Origin: an uncultured Acidimicrobiales bacterium
GTDB lineage: Bacteria > Actinomycetota > Acidimicrobiia > Acidimicrobiales > VFJN01
Direction of reading: 5' to 3'
DNA length: 64,000 bases
Assembly (NCBI GenBank): GCA_963842395.1
Contig: CAWJGJ010000001.1
Coordinates: 2,922,889 to 2,986,888 of the forward strand
A program made the position numbers and the translations under genes. Under the pieces are notes generated by a model. The model ran no database searches, had not been told where the DNA came from, and worked only from the letters and a program-made list of their open reading frames with translations. This document shows, piece after piece, positions 20,944-30,134 of this stretch; position 1 is the first letter of the stretch, and every line of letters starts with the position of its first letter.

Positions 20944-22191
20944 TCATGGCCGCCCGCCGGGGCGGGCCCAGTCGAGGGCGACCCACTGGTCGCCGCGGCG
21001 CACGCTGCGCCACGCGTGCGGGCGCACCGCGCCGTAGCGGACGGTGATCGTGGCGTCGTCGATGCCAGGGCGGCCCGCGAGCGCCCACCGCTCGGCCGCC
21101 GACAGGAGGGCGTGCTCGGCCCCGGCGGCACCGTAGGCGTCGACCCGCACGCCGCCGTCCCGGCCGGGCACCGCGAGCAGGGCCAGCCCCCCGTCCACCG
21201 CGTCGACCACCCCCAACGCCTCGCGCACCCGGGTCGACCGGCCGCCCGTGCGGGTGACCTCGACCAGCCGCTCCTCGGGCAGCGCCAGCGCCACGTACGC
21301 GAGCAGCCCCCGGGCGGACGATCCGGCGAGCGGCACCCGCCGCTGCCGCCCGAAGCCGAGGAGCGTGACGGCCAGGCGCTGCCGAGCGGCGCGGTCGAGC
21401 CCCGCGAGGGCGGGCCCGGACAGGTCGATCAGGCCCCGCCCGCCGTCGCCGTCGGCCACGTCGCCCACCCGCAGCCGCGCCGCCCGGCCGCGCGCCGCGG
21501 CCGACCCGCCGGCCCGGAGCGGCATGAACCCCCCGCCGGTGACCGCCACCTGGTCGAAGCCCTGGCGGACCTTGCGGAGGGCGACGACGGCCTGGAGCCA
21601 GTCGACGACCGTGCTGAGCCGCAGGGGGACCACCAGCCGCCCGCCGGGCCGCAGCTGGTCGAACCAGGCACGCGGAACCACCGCGGTGCTGGCCGTGGCG
21701 ACGATGGCGTCGACCGGGGCGGCCGGCGCCCAGCCGGCGACGCCGTCGCCCACCTCGACGCGGGCCGGCACGCCGGCCGACACGAGCGCCCGACGGGCGC
21801 TCACGGCCGTGTCGGCGTCGAGCTCGACCGACGTCACCGAGCCCTGCGCGCCCACCAGGTCGGACAGCAACGCCGCGTTGTAGCCGGTGCCGGCCCCGAT
21901 CTCCAGCACCCGGTCGCCGGCGCGGAGATCGAGCATCTCCAGCATGCGGGCCATGATCGCGGGCTGCGAGGACGACGACAGGGCCGCACCGCTGGCGGGA
22001 TCGCGCCGGGTGACGATGGCGTCGTCGCGGTACACCGAGGCCAGGCCGTGGCGCTCGACGTGATCGGCGAGGAACAGCTCCCGGGGCACGGTGGCGAACG
22101 ACGACGCCACCCGGTCGTCCCGCAGGTGGCCCGCGGCGCGCAACGACTCGACCAGCTCGAGCCGCAGCACCTCGCTCTTCACACCCGCCAC
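20944..22191 (-). CDS. protein-L-isoaspartate O-methyltransferase (PCMT)-like methyltransferase with ~200-aa C-terminal extension
   Basis: 415-aa ORF. N-terminal PCMT core (SQPAIMARMLEML, VLEIGAGTGYNAALL) and an extra C-terminal domain of unknown function. Confidence 0.8.
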   Translation of the reverse strand: MAGVKSEVLRLELVESLRAAGHLRDDRVASSFATVPRELFLADHVERHGLASVYRDDAIVTRRDPASGAALSSSSQPAIMARMLEMLDLRAGDRVLEIGAGTGYNAALLSDLVGAQGSVTSVELDADTAVSARRALVSAGVPARVEVGDGVAGWAPAAPVDAIVATASTAVVPRAWFDQLRPGGRLVVPLRLSTVVDWLQAVVALRKVRQGFDQVAVTGGGFMPLRAGGSAAARGRAARLRVGDVADGDGGRGLIDLSGPALAGLDRAARQRLAVTLLGFGRQRRVPLAGSSARGLLAYVALALPEERLVEVTRTGGRSTRVREALGVVDAVDGGLALLAVPGRDGGVRVDAYGAAGAEHALLSAAERWALAGRPGIDDATITVRYGAVRPHAWRSVRRGDQWVALDWARPGGRP

Positions 22192-22238
22192 GGTGGGGAT
22201 GGTACGCGGGCGGCGACGCGGCCCGGTACGGTCGATCG

Positions 22239-23000
22239 ATGCCCACGACGACCCTGGTCACCTGGAACCTCAAGGGCAGCGCCAACCCCGACACCTCGGC
22301 AGTGGCCGACCACCTGCTGGCCGTCGGGGCGGACGTCGTGCTGCTGCAGGAGGTGCAGTGGCACCAGGCCCGCCGGATCGCCCGGGCGGTCGGTGCCCGC
22401 AGCCATCGCTGGAGCTTCAAGCACCTGGCCCTCGACACCTGGCCCGAGGGCATGGCGGTGGTGGGTGTCACCACGACCGTCCACGCGCGCACCCACGCCC
22501 TCTCCTACGCCTGGCAGCCGTGGAACTGGCGCCGGCGGATCGTGCAGGTGATCACCACCGGCGACAGGGTCACGCTCGTGAACGTCCACCTCACCTCCCA
22601 CGACGACCCGACGCTCCGCCAGGCCGAGGCGAGCACGCTGCTGGCCCTGGTGGCCGAGCGCGACGGCCCCGTGGTGCCGGCGGGCGACTTCAACGAGCGC
22701 CCCGGCGGGCCGGTGGGGCAGGCGATGGTGGCCGCGGGGTTCCGCGACGGCTGGGCCGAGTCCGGCCCGGCACCGTCGGTGTCCGACGCCGCCCGGCGGG
22801 TCGACCCGTGGCCCACCAACTGGCGGGGCTGGGAGCCCGGCACGACCGAGCTGCCGACCCAGCAGCTCGACTACGTCTACCTGTCGACCGCGGTGCGCGC
22901 CGCCGAGCTGACCCTGCCCCTCCCGGAGGGTGCCGCCGGGCTGGCGCGGTTCTCGGTGCTGTCCGACCACCTCCCGGTCACGGCGCGGCTCGACCTGTAG
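22239..23000 (+). CDS. endonuclease/exonuclease/phosphatase (EEP) family protein
   Basis: 253-aa ORF. Motifs TWNLKG, DVVLLQEV, GDFNE and C-terminal SDHLPV. Confidence 0.85.
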   Translation: MPTTTLVTWNLKGSANPDTSAVADHLLAVGADVVLLQEVQWHQARRIARAVGARSHRWSFKHLALDTWPEGMAVVGVTTTVHARTHALSYAWQPWNWRRRIVQVITTGDRVTLVNVHLTSHDDPTLRQAEASTLLALVAERDGPVVPAGDFNERPGGPVGQAMVAAGFRDGWAESGPAPSVSDAARRVDPWPTNWRGWEPGTTELPTQQLDYVYLSTAVRAAELTLPLPEGAAGLARFSVLSDHLPVTARLDL

Positions 23001-23053
23001 CCGGCGGCGTGGTCGGGGGCGGGGCGCGTCCGCTGTCGGCGCCGCCCGCGCCG

Positions 23054-23458
23054 TCAGCGCGCCGGGCGCTCGGCCTGGGGCAACGAGCAGGCGGCGGTGC
23101 CGCCGGGGAGCCGGTGACGGTTGCGGGCGATCAGCCGGTACACGGGCCACGCGGCCCACAGCACGGGGCGCAGGCCCAGCACCCGCCCGAGGACGCGCCA
23201 GTACGAGCCGGCGTCGACCAGCAGCCGGGCGATGGCCTCGGGCCCCGCCGCAGTGGGCTGCCCGGCGGCCACCCACACCACGGCCGCCTCGGCCTCGGCC
23301 TGCGTGACGCCCAGCGCGTCGAGGTCGGTCAGCTGCCAGGCCACGACGCGGGCCCCGGTGGGGATGCGCCGCTCGATGAACTGCGCACAGGTGGTGCAGA
23401 ACGAGCAGTCGCCGTCGTAGACGAAGACCGGCTGGTCGGAGCCGGGATCGATGGCCAT
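23054..23458 (-). CDS. thiol-disulfide oxidoreductase DCC family protein
   Basis: 134 aa from ATG 23458. Motif VFVYDGDCSFC. Confidence 0.85.
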   Translation of the reverse strand: MAIDPGSDQPVFVYDGDCSFCTTCAQFIERRIPTGARVVAWQLTDLDALGVTQAEAEAAVVWVAAGQPTAAGPEAIARLLVDAGSYWRVLGRVLGLRPVLWAAWPVYRLIARNRHRLPGGTAACSLPQAERPAR

Positions 23459-23486
23459 CGACCCAGTGTGCCACCGGGTGCGCCGA

Positions 23487-25622
23487 TCAGCGCTCACGCC
23501 GGGGCGGCTGGAGCTGGGTGACGTTGTCGAGCGCCGTCGGGTCCTCGATGGCACCGAACACCTCGACGTAGCGGGGGTCGTTCGTCTCGAGGGGGATCGT
23601 GGCGTCCTCTCCGTCGGACCGAGGCGCGTGCCGCTGGCTTCCCCGCCGGATCCAGGTCGCGGCCGTGTGATCGCGGAGCGCACCCGGCACCGACGAGTCC
23701 TCACGCTCGGCAGCGGCAACGGCGTCCTGCGGGGTCTCGACACGCCGGCGCAATTCCCGGTCGCCGTACCACGGGCGCAGGCGGACCTTGGTCGGCCGCC
23801 CCGGGCCGTAGACCAACGCGGCCTCGCCGTCCGCCAGGTGATCTGCGGCGTCGCCGCCCAACGAGCGGCGGTGCGAGTCGCGGTCCCATGGCGCCGGGAA
23901 CACCAGGCGGGCCGCGTGGTTCTGCACCACCAGCGGTGCCCTGTCGCCGTAGTGGGCTTCGACCTGCGTGACGTCCTGGACGACGCTGATGAGCTGGATG
24001 CCCCGCGACGACGCTGTCGACGCCACCCCCGCCAGGTCGTGGACCGGGGCGACGCCGACGACGTCGTCGAGCAGGACGAGCAGCGGCGGGTCGAGGGGGC
24101 GACCACGCTGTGCCGACGCCTCGTAGGCTGCGGCGAGCAGCCGTCGGACGAGCATGGCGCACAGGGGGCGGTACAACGCCTGGTCCTGCTCGGGGGTCGT
24201 CAGGTAGACGGTGGAGGTATCGCCGTCGAACAGCGCGGCAGGCTCGATGTCCTGGCGGTTCATCGACGCGGCCACCACGGGGTCCTGGTACACGCTGAGG
24301 ACGTCGCTCATCGCCTGGAGGTACTGGGTCCGGGAGGAGTCGGGCCGCTCGAACGTCGACCGGTGGGCGCGTGCGGCGCCGCGGTCGACGGTGCTCAGGA
24401 CCTCCAGCACCTCGTCGCGCTCCTGGCGCTCGATCCACTGGATGGCCTTGCCGATGGTGCGGCCGCTGGCGACAGCGGCCAGCAGGTAGGGGGCGAGGGC
24501 CATCGACAGCGACCCCGCCGTGCCGTCGACCTCCCGATCGGCGTCCCCCGCACGGGTGCCGGCGGCCACGCGGGCGGCGAGCGTCATGTCCGTGGCGGTG
24601 CGTATGGCTCCGTGCCAGGTGCTGCACTCGGCCAGCACCGACCACCCCGAGCGCTGGTAGCGGGACACGCCCGCCGGGTCGTAGACGTGGACCTCGCCCT
24701 GGTGGCTGCGCCAGCCGATCGTCTCGTCGATGAGGTGCCCCTTCGTCGACGCCACCACCACCGGCCCCTCCCACTCGAGCACGGCGGGCACGGCGACGGC
24801 GCTCGTCTTCCCGGCCTGTGCGGGCCCGACCACCAGGAGGCTGTGGTGGTGACGGACGGCCAGCGGATGCCCGCCCGCGCCCGTCCCGACGACGACGCGG
24901 TGGCGCTCGCCCTTCGTGCGGCGGAGGGGCCGCTGGTCCGCGGCCGACGCCCAGGCGTGGCGGTCGAATGCGCCGCCCGGCCGCGCGGGACCGGGACGCG
25001 CCCTGTCCGCGAGGCGGCGGTCGGCATCGAACCCTGCACCGGCTCCGGTGCCGGCACCGCCGGACGAGGTGTGCAGGGCGGCCCACGCCAGCAGGGCGAC
25101 GAGCCCGACCAGCACGGCCAGCACGATGAAGGCCCCCCACCACGCGGCCGCTCCCGGGACCGACCCACCGTCGTTGACCGGCGCCCACGCCCCCGCGGGA
25201 TCGCCGGGATCGCTGGCCAGCCGGCCGATGATGCCCGGGGCGTCGGTGAGCGGATAGCTGGGCCAGTCGCCGCTGAACGCGAGCGCCGAGACGTGGCCCA
25301 CCACCAGCGGGAAGGCGGCGACGGCGGCCACGGGCAGCGCCCAGACGAGGATGGCGTCGTCCAGGGTCTGGCCGTCGCCACCACCCTTCGCCCTCGCCTG
25401 GGAGGCGATCTTGCGGTCGAGGCTTCCCGTGCTCTGGCGGATCTTGCGGTCGAGGTCGCCCTTGCCCCGCCGGATCTTGCGGTCGAGGTCGCCCTTGCTC
25501 CGCCGGATCTTGCGATCGAGGTCTCCCTTCGTCCGCCTGAGCTTGCGGTCGGCCTCGGCTGCGGCCTGGCGGCCACGCGCCCTCGCCTGCCTGTCGTCGG
25601 TGCTCACGACAGGACGATGCAC
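23487..25622 (-). CDS. type IV secretion coupling protein (VirD4/TraG/TcpA-like T4CP)
   Basis: 711-aa ORF. N-terminal 11-aa repeats, two TM helices, Walker A VVGPAQAGKTS and Walker B PLLVLLDDV. It is the last gene of the minus-strand train. Confidence 0.85.
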   Translation of the reverse strand: MHRPVVSTDDRQARARGRQAAAEADRKLRRTKGDLDRKIRRSKGDLDRKIRRGKGDLDRKIRQSTGSLDRKIASQARAKGGGDGQTLDDAILVWALPVAAVAAFPLVVGHVSALAFSGDWPSYPLTDAPGIIGRLASDPGDPAGAWAPVNDGGSVPGAAAWWGAFIVLAVLVGLVALLAWAALHTSSGGAGTGAGAGFDADRRLADRARPGPARPGGAFDRHAWASAADQRPLRRTKGERHRVVVGTGAGGHPLAVRHHHSLLVVGPAQAGKTSAVAVPAVLEWEGPVVVASTKGHLIDETIGWRSHQGEVHVYDPAGVSRYQRSGWSVLAECSTWHGAIRTATDMTLAARVAAGTRAGDADREVDGTAGSLSMALAPYLLAAVASGRTIGKAIQWIERQERDEVLEVLSTVDRGAARAHRSTFERPDSSRTQYLQAMSDVLSVYQDPVVAASMNRQDIEPAALFDGDTSTVYLTTPEQDQALYRPLCAMLVRRLLAAAYEASAQRGRPLDPPLLVLLDDVVGVAPVHDLAGVASTASSRGIQLISVVQDVTQVEAHYGDRAPLVVQNHAARLVFPAPWDRDSHRRSLGGDAADHLADGEAALVYGPGRPTKVRLRPWYGDRELRRRVETPQDAVAAAEREDSSVPGALRDHTAATWIRRGSQRHAPRSDGEDATIPLETNDPRYVEVFGAIEDPTALDNVTQLQPPRRER
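25407..25560 (-). repeat. 33-nt in-frame tandem repeat (about 4.6 units) in the T4CP 5' end
   Basis: GATCTTGCGGTCGAGG... recurs at 25407, 25440, 25473, 25506 and (degenerate) 25539. It encodes RKIRRxKGDLD units. Confidence 0.9.
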
Positions 25623-25677
25623 GCCCGTGCAGGGAGGAACGCGGGCGGTCCGCGTCGCCGCCCACCCCCGCGTGTCG

Positions 25678-27435
25678 TCAGTACACGGAGATGTGGACGT
25701 GGTCGATGTGCATCGCGGTCAGGTTGCCGGGTGTGTCTTCGTCGTACGGGAGCGGGACAAAGCCGTAGGTGGCGGACCAGATCGTGTCCCGCCAGATCAC
25801 GTACCAGACCTGGTACTCCGCCGCGTGGGCGATGAGCCACCGCACCATCTCATCGCCGTGCGCGAGGTACTGGGCGTCCGGCTGCTGCCCGAGAGGCGCC
25901 ATCATCATGTCGCACGCCCGGCCGAGCGGGTGCTCGCTGGGACCGTTGCGCTGGCCGTAGCAGCCCATGCCGTGTCCACGGCCGAAGGTCGGGACGAGGA
26001 CGTCGATCAGCCGTCGGAGCTGGGGCGTCATCTGTGGTTCGTCGGGGTAGCGCGCGGTGCTGCCGAGCGGCGCACCGATCGGCAGCAGGTCGGCCACCGC
26101 ACTCCGGTACTGCGAGGCGTGGGCGACCACAGCGTCGATGTACGCGGTGTTGGGGTTGTAGGCGTGCAGCGCGCCACGGACGTCACGGGCGACACCGTTG
26201 CGGGCCAGCATCCGGGCGGCGCCGTGGGTGGCGTCCTCCCAGGTCCACGGGTCGGCGATCCCGTCGCCGTCACCGTCGGTCGCATACCCCTGGCCCTCCT
26301 GGCCCTCGGGTACCGGCGGCCCGGCGACCTCGAGGTCGTACTGGCCCGCCGAGCTCCGCCACGTCGACCCCAGGAACTGCATCGGCCCGCGCGCACCCTT
26401 GCCGTTGATCGTGCCCCGGGGGTTGCAGCCCGCGAGGGGGGACCGCCCGTGATCGCACTCCTGCTTGCCCACTCCGGCCAGGATCGCCCAGTCGACGCTC
26501 CACCGTGCCGCCGCGGAGCAGTAGGCGTCCATGGCCGGCTCGGGGATCTCCGTGCGCTCGACCATGGCGCCCACCGAGCCCGGGCAGGCCGGGCCGATCG
26601 CACCCGTGGGCTCGGCCGAGGCGCTCAGCGCCGCCTGGATCGCCTCGGCGTCCGCCCTGGCGTCGGCCAGCCCGATCATCGGGAGGACGACCAGGAGGTT
26701 GACGAACGCGAAGAGGAGGACGGCGAGGATCAGCAGCCTGCGCAAGGTCCGCCGGCGGGTGCCCCTGCCGCGCCGCCGGAGGTCTACCCGGGAGCGCCGC
26801 CGCCCGCGGCGCTTGGCGGCCCTGCGCGCGGTGCGCCCCCCGCGCTCGCGAGCGGGCTCATCGCCACCTGGCGGCCACGCGTCGTCGGCGCGCCGGTCCG
26901 CATCACCGCGTTCACCGGGGTCGCCGGCGTGGCCCCGTCGCGCGCGCTGCGCTGCCCGGCCGGCGCGGACCGCCGGCAGGAGGCGCGAGGCTCGGGCCGA
27001 CCGCGAGCGGGCGGGGCGACCACTGCGCCCGGCGGGACGCGCACCCCCACCGATCGGCCGCACGCCCGATCGCGCGCCCAGCCCGGTCGTCCCACGTGTC
27101 CGGCGCCCGCGCCCGCCCGAGGCGGCACCCGCCGAGCGGGACGCACCACGGCCCGCAGGCCCGGCCGACCCCCGCGCGCCGACGCCCGCCGGCCGCGCCG
27201 ACCCCGGCGACCCCCGGCCGGCGGAACCGGCCGCGCTCGGTGCGCCACGACCGGCGGAACCCGCTGCAGTCGACGCGCCCCGCCCAGCCGAGCCCGCCGC
27301 GCTCTGCGCGCCACGCCCGGCGGAACCGGCCACCACCTTCGCGCCCTGCGCCCCGGCCACCACCGCCGTCTGGCCGGCGCGCGTCGCGACCTGGGCGCCT
27401 GTCTTGGCGGCGACGGCGACAACCTGGGCGGGCAC
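25678..27435 (-). CDS. bifunctional cell-wall hydrolase: lytic transglycosylase (SLT) plus LAS/M15-like peptidase domain (VirB1 functional analogue)
   Basis: 585-aa ORF. Arg/Gly-rich repetitive N-terminus, one TM helix, SLT motifs LAGVGKQECDHG and GPMQFLGSTW, and a C-terminal SEHPLGRACD...HIDHVHIS metal-binding pattern. Confidence 0.8.
   Translation of the reverse strand: MPAQVVAVAAKTGAQVATRAGQTAVVAGAQGAKVVAGSAGRGAQSAAGSAGRGASTAAGSAGRGAPSAAGSAGRGSPGSARPAGVGARGSAGPAGRGASRSAGAASGGRGRRTRGTTGLGARSGVRPIGGGARPAGRSGRPARSRSARASRLLPAVRAGRAAQRARRGHAGDPGERGDADRRADDAWPPGGDEPARERGGRTARRAAKRRGRRRSRVDLRRRGRGTRRRTLRRLLILAVLLFAFVNLLVVLPMIGLADARADAEAIQAALSASAEPTGAIGPACPGSVGAMVERTEIPEPAMDAYCSAAARWSVDWAILAGVGKQECDHGRSPLAGCNPRGTINGKGARGPMQFLGSTWRSSAGQYDLEVAGPPVPEGQEGQGYATDGDGDGIADPWTWEDATHGAARMLARNGVARDVRGALHAYNPNTAYIDAVVAHASQYRSAVADLLPIGAPLGSTARYPDEPQMTPQLRRLIDVLVPTFGRGHGMGCYGQRNGPSEHPLGRACDMMMAPLGQQPDAQYLAHGDEMVRWLIAHAAEYQVWYVIWRDTIWSATYGFVPLPYDEDTPGNLTAMHIDHVHISVY
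27199..27330 (-). repeat. 33-nt in-frame tandem repeat (4 units) in the hydrolase 5' region
   Basis: Encodes AGSAGRGAQSA / AGSAGRGASTA / AGSAGRGAPSA / AGSAGRGSPGS. Confidence 0.85.
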
Positions 27436-27449
27436 CTACGTCTCCATCG

Positions 27450-30134
27450 CTAGTCGAGGCCCCGGCGCTTGGCCACGCTGCGGCCGTGCTGCCTGACGAT
27501 CTTGTTGTAGAAGCGGTCCGACAGCGCATGGCGAGGGAAGCGCCACGGCGCCTCCTGCTCGGTGACGATGACCTCGTGGATGAGTCGGTTGCGCGGGGCG
27601 GGCGCGGCCTGCGAGGACGCCTCGCGAGGAGCAGGGCCGCGGCTGCGCGGCGGCCCTCCGCTCTGCACCCGAGCGGTGCCTCGCGGCGCACCCGGGACCG
27701 CGGGCTGTCCCGGCCTGCCGCCATCAGTCCCCCCAGGCCCGCCCGGCCCAGCCGGGATGGCCGGCCCACCACGGACACCGGGACCGCCGGGCCCAGCGGG
27801 GACCGCGGGTCCACCGCGGACACCCGGACCGACGGCGCGGCCGGGCGCGGCCGCCCTGCGGCCGCGCTGACGCGATGCCGGCCGTGCACGTCGACGACTC
27901 GACCCCGACCGTGCCCGCCGACGGCCCGACCTCCGCCCCTGGCGCGCCCGGCGACCGCCCTTGCCAGCCGAACCAGGTGGGCTCGCCGCAGTTGTGCCGT
28001 CCGCGGGATCGGGCTCGGGCCCGGGCTCGGCTCCGGGCTCGGGCCCGGGACCGGGACCAGGACCGGGCGGGGGCTCGACGTCGCCATACCCCCCGCGGGG
28101 GCCCGGGCCGTGCGATCCGCCGGGGACGTCGCTGTAGTACGTCTTGTGGGCCACGGCCGCCATGCGGTCGCCTCGTCGGCGTGCCTTGATGATGTTGTGC
28201 CAGGACCGTCGCTCCCGGGCCCGCTGGGCGATGATCTTGCCGCCGAGGGTGGCCGGCGCGGTCACCATGCGGCGCATGCGAGCATCGGTGGACGCGAGGT
28301 CCATGCCCGCGGAGACAGGTCCGGCGGCGGCGCCTGCGGCCGTGAACCCGGACAGCTTGGTGGCCACGGTCGACGCCGCCGCCTGCGTACCGGCCACGAT
28401 CCGCCTGCGTCCCGCCATGCCCGCGATGACCAGCAGGTTCCCGATCATCAGGCGCTCGATCAGGCTGACGTCCGCCATCGCCGTGAACATCGCCTGCATC
28501 GCCAGGAGCAGCAGCGACAGCACCAGGCTGACCCCCAGCACGGCGGCGATCCCCTGTACCACGGCGCCGACCCACTGCCACGCGAGACGGCGGCCGCCGC
28601 CGGGGGCGATCGCGAAGACCGCGGCCAGCGGGGCCAGCATGAAGCAGACCGCGACGAGGAACTTGGCCGCGAGGAGCGTGACCGACGAGGCCAGCAGCAG
28701 GAAGAACACGAAGCTCGCCATCACCAGGTTGAGCAGCGCACCGATCCAGCGCTCGCTGCGCGGGTCGGCGTTGAACTTGGCCGCGGCCCGGCACTCCTCG
28801 GCGGCGGCGGTATCGCCCGCCTTCTCGGCCGCCGCGGCCGCCCGCTCCATGTGGCGACGTGGCCAGCCGCTGTCGCCGTGGGGCCCGGCGGACACGATCT
28901 GGTTTCGGGCCGTCCGGCAGCGCTCGGTGGCGAAGCTGCCGCCCCAGTTGAGGTAGTCGTAGGTGTCCTCGATGAACACCTGCTGGATGCTCTTCTGTGC
29001 CGGCGCCAGGAACGCGCGGCGTTGCTCGGCGCACGCCTCCCCCGAGGGACTCGAGCCGGGCGTCGGGTCACACGGCGCCTTGTCGGCCGACGCGGCGAAC
29101 ACGAGGTTGGATCCCCGGTCCATCGTGTCCCACGCCCCGCTCAGGTAGCCGTCGAGGTTGCCCATCAGCCCCGCGGTCAGGGCGATCAGGACCACCGATG
29201 TGAGCAGCTCGCTGGCCGCGGAGCCGGCTCGCCGGCGGAGGATGGCGAAGCCCGCCCACCCGATGAGCACGACCCAGGCGACGTGTTTCAGCTCGAGCGC
29301 ACCGACGATGCGTGTGTTGTAGGCGTGGCTGATCCCCAACACGATCGGGTCGAACTTCCGGACGTTGAACGAGAAGGCCCAGCCGAGGAGCCACAGCCCG
29401 AGCTGGATCGCCGTCGCCGCCATCGTGAACAGGAGGTTCGCCGTGATGCCCCACAGGTCGTCGAGGAGTCCCGCGGTCAAGCCGAAGCTCTCGTCGTACC
29501 CGAGGTCGAAGTTGTTCGCCGGGTAGGTGCCCCAGCAGTGGTCGGGGATGAACGCGTCCTCGATCGGCTCGATCGACGGGAGGTCGCCGCACCCCCTGTG
29601 CACGTCCGCCTCGATGAGCATGCACTCGCGATCCGACTTGATGGCGTGCAGGTACCACTCGGGCGCGTACTTGCCTTCCGGTGGCGTCCACTTCTGGAGC
29701 TCGCCGACGAAGAACTCCCACGGGGTCGTGCCGAACCGCCCACCGGTCACGGTCCCGATCGCGATCTTCAACAGCGTCATCAGTCCCTCGACCCCCTTGA
29801 GGGCCAGCTTCATGGCGATCACCGGCGGGAGCGCGTCCCGGAAGCTCCACTCGTCGAAGTCGAACGGGCGCGTCGGGTCGAAGGGCACCATGTCCTGGAG
29901 CCCGTTGACCGCCCGGCACACGTTCCAGACCGCGAATGGGATCTCGTCGTCGCCCGGCGCCGCGGCCCGACCTGCGTCGAGCGCGGGCTGCGGCCCGCCC
30001 GGGGCGGCGGCCGCGGGCTGCGCGCCGCCCGACGCCGCCACGAACCCCACGGTCGCGACCACGATGACCGCGGCCAGTGCGGCCGCGAGGCCGCGCCGTC
30101 CCGGGAGACGACGCCGGACGCCCGCGAGCCTCAC
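27450..30134 (-). CDS. large polytopic membrane protein, VirB6/TrbL/TcpH-like T4SS channel component
   Basis: 894 aa from GTG 30134, which overlaps the VirB4 stop in a GTGA arrangement. Signal peptide, Cys-containing extracytoplasmic domain and two blocks of TM helices. The Pro/Gly/Arg-rich tail contains a 45-nt repeat at 27729-27830. The assignment rests on position and topology only. Confidence 0.65.
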   Translation of the reverse strand: MRLAGVRRRLPGRRGLAAALAAVIVVATVGFVAASGGAQPAAAAPGGPQPALDAGRAAAPGDDEIPFAVWNVCRAVNGLQDMVPFDPTRPFDFDEWSFRDALPPVIAMKLALKGVEGLMTLLKIAIGTVTGGRFGTTPWEFFVGELQKWTPPEGKYAPEWYLHAIKSDRECMLIEADVHRGCGDLPSIEPIEDAFIPDHCWGTYPANNFDLGYDESFGLTAGLLDDLWGITANLLFTMAATAIQLGLWLLGWAFSFNVRKFDPIVLGISHAYNTRIVGALELKHVAWVVLIGWAGFAILRRRAGSAASELLTSVVLIALTAGLMGNLDGYLSGAWDTMDRGSNLVFAASADKAPCDPTPGSSPSGEACAEQRRAFLAPAQKSIQQVFIEDTYDYLNWGGSFATERCRTARNQIVSAGPHGDSGWPRRHMERAAAAAEKAGDTAAAEECRAAAKFNADPRSERWIGALLNLVMASFVFFLLLASSVTLLAAKFLVAVCFMLAPLAAVFAIAPGGGRRLAWQWVGAVVQGIAAVLGVSLVLSLLLLAMQAMFTAMADVSLIERLMIGNLLVIAGMAGRRRIVAGTQAAASTVATKLSGFTAAGAAAGPVSAGMDLASTDARMRRMVTAPATLGGKIIAQRARERRSWHNIIKARRRGDRMAAVAHKTYYSDVPGGSHGPGPRGGYGDVEPPPGPGPGPGPEPGAEPGPEPDPADGTTAASPPGSAGKGGRRARQGRRSGRRRARSGSSRRRARPASRQRGRRAAAPGRAVGPGVRGGPAVPAGPGGPGVRGGPAIPAGPGGPGGTDGGRPGQPAVPGAPRGTARVQSGGPPRSRGPAPREASSQAAPAPRNRLIHEVIVTEQEAPWRFPRHALSDRFYNKIVRQHGRSVAKRRGLD

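Noticed and set aside
25407-25560. Regularly spaced 33-nt repeats considered as a CRISPR array (also 27199-27330 and 37155-37290).
   Set aside because: The units are directly adjacent with no spacers, are in frame within long coding ORFs, and encode repeated peptide units. No cas genes are present.
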